The notes beneath the pieces were generated by a model that searched no databases, had not been told where the DNA came from, and was given only the letters and a program-made list of their open reading frames with translations. A DNA stretch of 10,654 nt. Source: Vulcanimicrobiota bacterium. Its GTDB lineage: Bacteria > Vulcanimicrobiota > Vulcanimicrobiia > Vulcanimicrobiales > Vulcanimicrobiaceae. Positions 1 to 6,439 of the stretch are shown piece after piece. Positions within the stretch are counted from its first letter, which is position 1; each line of letters begins with the position of its first letter. The position numbers and the translations under genes were made by a program. The DNA is taken from contig PLCF01000036.1 in the NCBI GenBank assembly GCA_003135555.1, positions 208-10,861 of the forward strand. The letters are read 5' to 3'.

Positions 1-448
1 TGGTCGGCTCGTCGAGCACCAGCCAGTCCGGCTGCTCGAGCAGCGTGCGCGCCAGCAGCGCGCGCGTGCGCTGCCCGCCGGAGAACTCGCGTAGCGGGCG
101 GTCGAGGTCGCCGGTCGCGAAGTCGAAGCGGTTGAGCGTCGCGCGCATCTCCCACTCCGCGGCGTTCCCCCCGGCCATCGCCTCGTCGAACGCGGCGCGC
201 AGGGTCTGCGGTCCGCTCTCGGCCGCGTCCTGCGCCAGATAGCCCAACCGGCGCTCGCGAGCGAGCACGATCGTGCCGCCGTCGGCTTCGTCGCGGCCCG
301 CGAGCAGCCGCACGAGCGAGGACTTTCCGCCGCCGTTGGGCCCGACCAGGCCGATCTTGTCGCCGTCCCGGATCACGCCCGCGATCCCCGAGAAGACCTC
401 GTTCGCGCCGTAGTGACGTTCGAGCGCGGAAAATCGTACTAATTCCAT
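1..448 (-). CDS. ABC-F family ATP-binding protein, N-terminal ABC domain (partial, runs off the left edge)
   Basis: Not in the ORF track. Manual translation from ATG 448: MELVRFSALERHYGANEVFSGIAGVIRDGDKIGLVGPNGGGKSSLVRLLAG...LGYLAQ...REFSGGQRTRALLARTLLEQPDWLVLDEPT. This contains Walker A (GPNGGGKS), Q-loop, signature (FSGGQ) and Walker B (LVLDEPT) in the usual ABC-F wording. GGAG lies 9 nt upstream; alternative in-frame ATG at 463. Confidence 0.9.
   Translation of the reverse strand, partial: MELVRFSALERHYGANEVFSGIAGVIRDGDKIGLVGPNGGGKSSLVRLLAGRDEADGGTIVLARERRLGYLAQDAAESGPQTLRAAFDEAMAGGNAAEWEMRATLNRFDFATGDLDRPLREFSGGQRTRALLARTLLEQPDWLVLDEPT
411..448. repeat. 38-bp direct repeat, copy 1 (the first 38 nt of the ABC-F gene)
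   Basis: tagtgacgttcgagcgcggaaaatcgtactaattccat; 36/38 identical to 1346-1383. Confidence 0.95.
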
Positions 449-534
449 TCCGTAGCGCTCCATTCGTCAGCCGCGTTCGAGAAGACTCCGGCATCAAGGC
501 GCGTCGCGAGCAGGCGGCGTATCAAACCGCCATT

Positions 535-1305
535 GTGATTCGGGTGATCCTGGCCGCATTGCTTGCAATGTCGATTCCCGCCGCGGTGACGGCTGAGCCG
601 ACGCCGACCGCTTCGGTTGAACCGGCCCCGAACGCCGACCGCGTACTCGCGTTGATCCGCGCACGCTTTGGGTCACACCGGCCGCCGCCGCCGTTCGAAA
701 CCTACACCCTTACGCGCAGGCAAGACACGCCCGATGGGCAGCCGGACGGGCAGGGGAGCTACGTTGTGCACGTCTGGGTGCGCAACGCGGACGGCGCCGC
801 GCTCACGCGCACGCTCGCCGGCAACGGCACGTCCGGTCCGCTGACGTTCGACCGGCCTGCATTCAACGAGCCGCGCGATCCGGGGCCTCCCACGGCCGAC
901 CTCTTCGGCGCCGCGAACGGTCCGTCGGAGTACCGTGTCGACTCGATGGAAACGCTGGGCAACGTCGTGCATTTGCGAATCGTCCCGATGCGCGACCCCG
1001 AGCGCAACCGCTTGCGCGAGATCTTCGCCGACAAGCAGACGTACGAGCTTCGCAAGCTGATCGCGGCGGACAAGCTGTTCATCGGTGGCGGCACGGTCTA
1101 TCCCGTTACCTTTACCATCACCGTAGGAACGGTCGATGGTCATCCCGTCGTCACGTACATCCAAGGCCTCGTCGGCGGCAACTACAACGACAGCGGAAAG
1201 GAAGTCAACTACACGTTTACGGCGATCACATTCCCCCATGCGCTCCCAGACTGGTATTTCGAGCCTCGGACCTACGGACAGCATGGCGGTGACGCACCCG
1301 TCTGA
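535..1305 (+). CDS. Secreted hypothetical protein, paralog 1 (possible LolA-like beta fold)
   Basis: 256-aa ORF with GTG start, signal-peptide-like N-terminus (MIRVILAALLAMSIPAAVTA) and a Pro/Thr linker. Colinear homology to the next ORF (HRPPP.FETYT, VHVWVRNAD, GPLTFDRPAFNE.RDPGPPT, ERNRLRE, YPVTFTIT, LP.WYF). Confidence 0.85.
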   Translation: MIRVILAALLAMSIPAAVTAEPTPTASVEPAPNADRVLALIRARFGSHRPPPPFETYTLTRRQDTPDGQPDGQGSYVVHVWVRNADGAALTRTLAGNGTSGPLTFDRPAFNEPRDPGPPTADLFGAANGPSEYRVDSMETLGNVVHLRIVPMRDPERNRLREIFADKQTYELRKLIAADKLFIGGGTVYPVTFTITVGTVDGHPVVTYIQGLVGGNYNDSGKEVNYTFTAITFPHALPDWYFEPRTYGQHGGDAPV

Positions 1306-1344
1306 CGCCGCGCCTTTCGCCTCGCTGTTCGGAGCAGGCAGGCC

Positions 1345-1383
1345 CTAGTGACGTTCGAGCGTGGAAAATCGTACTACTTCCAT
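1345..1383 (-). pseudogene. Orphan 5' fragment of the ABC-F gene (MEVVRFSTLERH*)
   Basis: ATG at 1383 gives MEVVRFSTLERH then TAG (1347-1345), against MELVRFSALERHY in the intact gene. Confidence 0.7.
1346..1383. repeat. 38-bp direct repeat, copy 2
   Basis: tagtgacgttcgagcgtggaaaatcgtactacttccat; two mismatches to 411-448. Confidence 0.95.
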
Positions 1384-1444
1384 GAGTTCCGGTGAATCGG
1401 TTCGGCGCGCAAGCGCCGGCCTTCTGCGCATACCCCTTCGCCTC

Positions 1445-2299
1445 GTGCTCGCTTCCGTGATCCTGGCGGCGGCGTTGGTGCTGGCCGCACCGGCCGCGCC
1501 GCAGGCGGCGCCCGAGCCGGCCGCTTCGGCCGAGCCGACACCGTCGCCGCAACGCTATCTGGGGCTGATCCGCGCGCAGTTTCGCACCCACCGGCCGCCG
1601 CCGGCCTTCGAGACCTACACCGTTACGCGCTCGCAGAAGGCGACGAACGGCTATCCCGATCCCGTCGGCAGCTACACCGTGCACGTGTGGGTGCGCAACG
1701 CCGATCGGGCGGCGCTCACGCGTTTCGTGTACCGCGACGACGCGCGCGGCCCGCTGACCTTCGATCGCCCGGCGTTCAACGAAGCCCGCGACCCCGGCCC
1801 GCCGACCTTCGATGTGTTCGAACCGGCGCCGTCGCGCCCGCATCCGGTCTCCGAGGTCCCGACGCCCGAGCCGCACTACACCCCGCTGCCTGTCATCGGC
1901 GGCGTGCGGACCATCATCGAATCGGACTACCGCGTCGACGCGCTCGTCATCGAGGGCAGCGAGATGCACCTGTCGATCTTCCCGATCCGAGACGTCGAGC
2001 GCAACCGCTTGCGCGAGGTCTATGTCGATCGCAAGACGCTCGAGCTGCACAAGCTCATCGCGACCGACAAGCTGTTCACCGGCGGCCCGATCTATCCGGT
2101 GACCTTCACGATCACGATGGGCACGGTCGACGGCGTTCCGGTGGTGACCGACATCCACGGCGTGGTTGGCGGCGGCTACAACGACGACGGCAAGGACGTC
2201 GACTTCCGCTTCACCGACATCACCTTCCCCAAGACGCTACCGGAATGGTACTTCGACGCGCGCAGCTACGCCTCGCACACCAACTCCGGTCCGACGTAA
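1445..2299 (+). CDS. Secreted hypothetical protein, paralog 2 (possible LolA-like beta fold)
   Basis: The track ORF is 1361..2299. I moved the start to the in-frame GTG at 1445 (or 1457) because this yields a signal peptide (MLASVILAAALVLAAPAAPQA) matching paralog 1. Homologous to 535..1305 over the full length, with an extra 28 aa in a Pro-rich segment. Confidence 0.85.
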   Translation: MLASVILAAALVLAAPAAPQAAPEPAASAEPTPSPQRYLGLIRAQFRTHRPPPAFETYTVTRSQKATNGYPDPVGSYTVHVWVRNADRAALTRFVYRDDARGPLTFDRPAFNEARDPGPPTFDVFEPAPSRPHPVSEVPTPEPHYTPLPVIGGVRTIIESDYRVDALVIEGSEMHLSIFPIRDVERNRLREVYVDRKTLELHKLIATDKLFTGGPIYPVTFTITMGTVDGVPVVTDIHGVVGGGYNDDGKDVDFRFTDITFPKTLPEWYFDARSYASHTNSGPT

Positions 2300-2311
2300 C
2301 CGTTCCCGCTA

Positions 2312-2335
2312 GGCCACTCGCACGCGAAGTGGTCC
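2312..2335. promoter_or_regulatory. Putative MocR-family operator upstream of the aminotransferase
   Basis: Imperfect inverted repeat GGCCACT-cgcacgc-GAAGTGGTCC. The same half-sites occur at 4834-4879, upstream of the MocR gene. Confidence 0.55.
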
Positions 2336-2384
2336 TCTGCTTTCGGCGCGCCGCGGCGGATGATGGCGGCGGGAGGATCGTCAG

Positions 2385-3362
2385 GTGGATCTGGGAGAGC
2401 TCGTCGTCTATCATCGTGGGGGCTTTCGGCTGTACCGCGAGGCAACGCTCGGACTGTTGACGCACGCGCTGCAGTACGGAACCGGTTGCTACGAAGGCCT
2501 GCGCGCGTTCTGGAACGCGGAGGACGAGCAGCTCTTCGTGTTCGAACCGGTTGCGCACTATGAACGTATGCGGCGCTCCGGGCGCGTGTTGCTCATGGAC
2601 TTGCCGCACGACGCCGAGAAGCTGGCCGAGATCACGCTCGAGCTGTGCCGGCGCAACGGCTTTCGCACCGATGCGTACATCCGGCCGATCCTGTTCAAGA
2701 GCGAGGAGCTCTTAGGGGTCCGCCTCGACGACGTGGCGCACGAGTTCTCGATCGTCGCGTTCCCGAACAGCCGCTACCTCGACTCCGACGAAGGGCTGCG
2801 GCTGTGCGTGAGCTCCTGGCGGCGCGTCGACGACAACGCCGCCCCGGCGCGGGCGAAGATCACCGGGAGCTACGTGAACACCGCGCTGGCGAAGAGCGAG
2901 GCGCGGCTCAACGGCTTCGACGACGCCATCGTTCTGTCGGACGACGGCCACGTCTCGGAGGTCTCGGTCGCGAACTTGTTCGTCGTCCGCGACGGGATCG
3001 CGACGACGCCGGATCCGTCGCAGAACCTGCTCGAGGGCGTGACCCGTAAGCTCGTCGCGGGCTACTTGCGCGACGATGTCGGCCTCACGGTGGAGTCGCG
3101 CGCGATCGACCGCAGCGAGCTGTACTCAGCCGACGAGATCCTGCTGTGCGGGACCGGCGTCGGGATCGCCTGGGCGAGCAGCCTCGATCATCGCACGATC
3201 GGAACGGGGCGGATCGGGCCCATCGCAACGCAGCTGCGCGCGTTCTACGACGATGTCACGCGCGGCCGTATCGTGCGTCCGGGTCTCGATGCGCGCGCGG
3301 TCTACGGCGCGTCAGCGCGCCGCGAGCTTGCGACCGCGAACGTCGACGAACGCGTCGCGTAG
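2385..3362 (+). CDS. PLP-dependent aminotransferase class IV, branched-chain amino acid transaminase (IlvE)-like
   Basis: 325 aa; motifs ALQYGTGCYEGLRA, HYERM, YIRP, catalytic Lys in AKITGSYVN, GHVSE, LEGVTR, CGTG. GGAGG ribosome-binding site upstream of the GTG. Confidence 0.92.
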   Translation: MDLGELVVYHRGGFRLYREATLGLLTHALQYGTGCYEGLRAFWNAEDEQLFVFEPVAHYERMRRSGRVLLMDLPHDAEKLAEITLELCRRNGFRTDAYIRPILFKSEELLGVRLDDVAHEFSIVAFPNSRYLDSDEGLRLCVSSWRRVDDNAAPARAKITGSYVNTALAKSEARLNGFDDAIVLSDDGHVSEVSVANLFVVRDGIATTPDPSQNLLEGVTRKLVAGYLRDDVGLTVESRAIDRSELYSADEILLCGTGVGIAWASSLDHRTIGTGRIGPIATQLRAFYDDVTRGRIVRPGLDARAVYGASARRELATANVDERVA

Positions 3363-4814
3363 CTTGCGCGCGCCCAGCCGAATCTCGCCCGGCGAGGCGA
3401 CGGCGAAGCCGATCAAGAGCCCGTTGCCGCGCGAGCGCTCGAGGTAGAGCGGCGACAGCGGCACGACCGAGATCCCGCGCCGTGCCGCGGCCTGCGCCAG
3501 GGCGACATCGTCGCGACCGTCGAGCGCGAGCAGCGCGTGCAGCCCCGCGCGCGGCGGCGTGAACGGCAGCTCGGGGAGATACTGCGCAAAACAGCGTTGC
3601 AGCGCCGCGCGCCGCTCGGCGTACTCGCCGCTCATGCGCCGCAGGTGCCGCAGGTGATGGCCGCCCAAGATGAACTCGGCGAGGATCGCTTGATCGAGCG
3701 TCGCGCCCTGGCGATCGATGGCCGCTTTGGCGGCCACGAAGGCATCGACGAGTGCACGCGGCGCGATGATGTACCCGATCCGTAACGCCGGGAACGTGCT
3801 CATGCTGAACGACCCGATGAGGATCACCCGATCGGTCGCGGCGCTGTGCAACGGCGGCGGCTCATCGCCGTCGAAGCGGAAGATGTCTTCGTAGTCGTCC
3901 TCGATGATCCAGGCATCGGCGGCGCTCGCCCAGGCGAGCAGCGCGGCGCGCCGCGCCGGCGACATCGTGACCGTGGTCGGCGACTGTACCGCCGGGGTGA
4001 CGAACGCCAAGCGCGCACGCGGCGCGGCGGCGATGCCGCGCGCGACGTCGAGACCCTCGGCGTCGACCGGGACGGGCACCAGGCGCGCGCCCGCGCCGAC
4101 GAACGTCGCGCGTGCGGCGAGCGAACCGGGCTCCTCGATCCAGACCTGCTCGTCGGGATCGAGCATGAGCCGGTTGACGATGTCGAGCGCCTGCTGCGTC
4201 CCGCTGGTGACGATCACCTGATCGGCGTCGCAGGTCGCGTGCTTGCGATCCCGCAGTTGCGCGGCGATCGCCTCGCGCAGCGCGCGAAAGCCGGCCGGAT
4301 CGCCGTAGGACACCAGCTCGCGCGGCGGATTGCGCAGCAGCGTCGCCGCGATGCGCGACCACACGCCGAATGGAAACAGGTCGATCGCCGGAACGCCGGG
4401 TTGAAACGCGCGCGGCGCTTTGTCGACGTAGCGCGAGCGGGTGGTGATGTCGGCGAACAGCTTGCCGCGGCGTGAGACGCGTTCCCAGGATGTCGGCGCG
4501 GCCGCGGAGCGAACGCGCACCGGTGGTCGCAGCGCCGGCGAGACGTAGGTGCCCGAGCCGCGCCGAGCGACGAGGAACCCTTCGGCGAGGAGCTGGTCGA
4601 ACACGTCGGTCACCGTGCTGCGCGAGATCGCCCAGCGTTGCGCCAGCGCGCGCGTCGACGGGAGCTGCGCGCCGGCCGGCAGGCGCCGGTCCAGAATGGC
4701 CGCGCGGATCTGCCCGATCAGTTGAACGCGCAGCGTGCCACGACGGGCGACGTCGAGGTCGAGCGAACTCAGCGCGCCCAGCCGCTCGAGCCGCGTCGTC
4801 TCTCTCATGCGCAC
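3312..4814 (-). CDS. MocR/GabR-family transcriptional regulator (GntR wHTH plus aminotransferase-like domain)
   Basis: wHTH LPSTRALAQRWAISRSTV...GFLVARRGSGTYV; YGDPAG...LREAIA, TSGTQQAL, VWIEEPG, WIIEDDY, GSFS.STFPALRIGY. Start is GTG 4814 or ATG 4808. Confidence 0.95.
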   Translation of the reverse strand: MRMRETTRLERLGALSSLDLDVARRGTLRVQLIGQIRAAILDRRLPAGAQLPSTRALAQRWAISRSTVTDVFDQLLAEGFLVARRGSGTYVSPALRPPVRVRSAAAPTSWERVSRRGKLFADITTRSRYVDKAPRAFQPGVPAIDLFPFGVWSRIAATLLRNPPRELVSYGDPAGFRALREAIAAQLRDRKHATCDADQVIVTSGTQQALDIVNRLMLDPDEQVWIEEPGSLAARATFVGAGARLVPVPVDAEGLDVARGIAAAPRARLAFVTPAVQSPTTVTMSPARRAALLAWASAADAWIIEDDYEDIFRFDGDEPPPLHSAATDRVILIGSFSMSTFPALRIGYIIAPRALVDAFVAAKAAIDRQGATLDQAILAEFILGGHHLRHLRRMSGEYAERRAALQRCFAQYLPELPFTPPRAGLHALLALDGRDDVALAQAAARRGISVVPLSPLYLERSRGNGLLIGFAVASPGEIRLGARKLRDAFVDVRGRKLAAR

Positions 4815-4833
4815 GGGTTCGCCGCCCGCCGCT

Positions 4834-4879
4834 GGTCCACTTCGGGAAAGTGGCCCGGCTAGGGTTCCTGGAGTGGCCT
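4834..4879 (-). promoter_or_regulatory. Putative MocR autoregulatory operator (two direct plus one inverted half-site)
   Basis: The minus strand reads aGGCCACTccaggaaccctagccgGGCCACTttcccGAAGTGGACC: two GGCCACT copies 23 bp apart plus an inverted copy, 20-65 bp upstream of the MocR start. Confidence 0.6.
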
Positions 4880-4907
4880 GCTCGCGCGCCGCCTTGTCGG
4901 CGCGGCT

Positions 4908-6365
4908 TCAGGCGACGGTGACGGTTTTCGTGATCAGGTAGCCGTCGAGGCCTTCGATCCCGCCTTCGGATCCGTAGCCTGATTCTTTTACGCCGCCGAA
5001 GGGCAGCTCGGCGAAGGCGATCCCGAACTGGTTGATGCCGATCATCCCGGCCTCGATCCGGTTACCCAGCTCGATCGACTCCGCGACGTCCTGCGTGAAC
5101 GCGTAGGCGGCCAAACCGTACGGCAGCGCGTTGGCGCGCGCGATCGCCTCGGACAGCTCGCGGAACGGCGTGATCACGGCGATCGGACCGAACGGCTCGT
5201 CGTTGAGGACGCGCGCGTCGCCGGGGACGTCGCTGAACACGGTCGGCGCGTAGAAGAACCCCGGCGTGTCGAGCGGCGATCCGCCGGTGTGCAGCGTGCC
5301 GCCGCGCTTGGACGCGTCCAGAACCAGCTCGTGGATCGCGTCGCGGCGCCGTTCGTTGGCCAGCGAGCCCATCTGCGTCTTCTCTTCGAGCCCGTGTCCG
5401 ACGCGTAGCGACGACGCGGCGGCGGCGAACGCTTCGGTGAATTGTTTCTCGATGCGTTCGTGGACGAAGAACCGACTGGGTGAGACGCACACTTGGCCGG
5501 CGTTGCGGAATTTTGCCGAGACCGACATTTTGACGGCCCGGTTGAGATCGGCTTTGTCGCTCACGATCACCGGCGCGTGTCCGCCCAGCTCGAGCGTGGC
5601 GCGCTTCATGCCGTCGGCGGCCAAGCGCGCGAGGTGCTTGCCCACCGCGATCGAGCCGGTGAACGAGATCTTGCGAATCACCGGCGACGCGAGCAGGGTC
5701 TGCGAGATGTGCGGCGGGTCGCCGAACACGACGTTGACGACGTCCTCGGGCAACCCCGCGTCGCGTAGCGCGTCGAAGAGCGCCAGCGCCGTGGCGGGCG
5801 TCTCCTCCGACGGCTTGATGATGATCGAGCAGCCCGCGCCGAGCGCACCGGCGAGTTTGCGTCCGGGCGTGATCGCGGGGAAGTTCCAGGGCGTGAACGA
5901 CGCGACCGGGCCGACGGGCTCGCGCAGCACCGTCTGGCGGACCGACTCCGAGCGTCCGGGGACGACCCGGCCGTACGCGCGGCGCCCCTCTTCGCCGCAC
6001 CATTCGAAGATGTCGGCGGTGGCCTGCAACTCGAGCTTGGACTCCAGGAGGGGCTTGCCTTGTTCGAGCGTGAGGATGCGCCCGATCGCGTCGACGCGTT
6101 CGCGGATGAGCCGGGCGGCGTTGCGCAGCACGACCGCGCGATCGTAGGCCGAGGTCGCGCGCCAGCGGGCGAAGCCGCGCTGCGTCGAGGCCAGCGCGTC
6201 GCGCAGGTCGTCGTCGGTGGCGATCGGCAGCCGGCCGATCTCGGCTCCGGTGGCCGGATCGTGGACGGCGATCGAGCGGCGCTGCTCGGCGGTGATCGAG
6301 GCGCCGCCGATGATGAGGCGCAGCTCCTTCGCGTAGCCGGTCGGAACGGTAGTCGCGGTCGTCAT
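4908..6365 (-). CDS. NAD(P)-dependent semialdehyde dehydrogenase (SSADH/GabD or alpha-ketoglutarate semialdehyde dehydrogenase-like)
   Basis: 485 aa; EQGKPL, EEGRRAYG, PWNFP, KPSEETP, FTGS, catalytic Glu in LELGGHAP, catalytic Cys in KFRNAGQVCVS, EPFGP, PFGGVKESGYGSEGG. Confidence 0.93.
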   Translation of the reverse strand: MTTATTVPTGYAKELRLIIGGASITAEQRRSIAVHDPATGAEIGRLPIATDDDLRDALASTQRGFARWRATSAYDRAVVLRNAARLIRERVDAIGRILTLEQGKPLLESKLELQATADIFEWCGEEGRRAYGRVVPGRSESVRQTVLREPVGPVASFTPWNFPAITPGRKLAGALGAGCSIIIKPSEETPATALALFDALRDAGLPEDVVNVVFGDPPHISQTLLASPVIRKISFTGSIAVGKHLARLAADGMKRATLELGGHAPVIVSDKADLNRAVKMSVSAKFRNAGQVCVSPSRFFVHERIEKQFTEAFAAAASSLRVGHGLEEKTQMGSLANERRRDAIHELVLDASKRGGTLHTGGSPLDTPGFFYAPTVFSDVPGDARVLNDEPFGPIAVITPFRELSEAIARANALPYGLAAYAFTQDVAESIELGNRIEAGMIGINQFGIAFAELPFGGVKESGYGSEGGIEGLDGYLITKTVTVA

Positions 6366-6439
6366 GACCGGCGATACACGTCCGGGCGGCTTCCTCCTGT
6401 CGGAGGGGCCGGCCGACCCCGTCCGCGTACCGAGAGCCG

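Noticed and set aside
1319..1339. Small hairpin gcctcgct-gttcgg-agcaggc after paralog 1
   Set aside because: Short bulged stem with no U-tract; not supportable as a terminator.
411..1383. Repeat pair as a CRISPR array or IS ends
   Set aside because: Only two copies 935 bp apart, in direct orientation and matching a coding start; no cas, transposase or integrase gene is visible.
1361..1444. N-terminal extension of paralog 2 given in the ORF track
   Set aside because: It starts inside the duplicated ABC-F fragment, buries the signal peptide and has no counterpart in paralog 1.
1226..2158. 310-aa minus-strand ORF (and 673..1284) opposite the paralogs
   Set aside because: Antisense shadows. 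The + strand frames are supported by mutual homology and signal peptides.
5431..5560. Lower-GC patch (about 56% by hand count) inside the aldehyde dehydrogenase
   Set aside because: Short, in frame, covers the conserved catalytic Cys region and has no boundary repeats; insufficient evidence for mosaicism.
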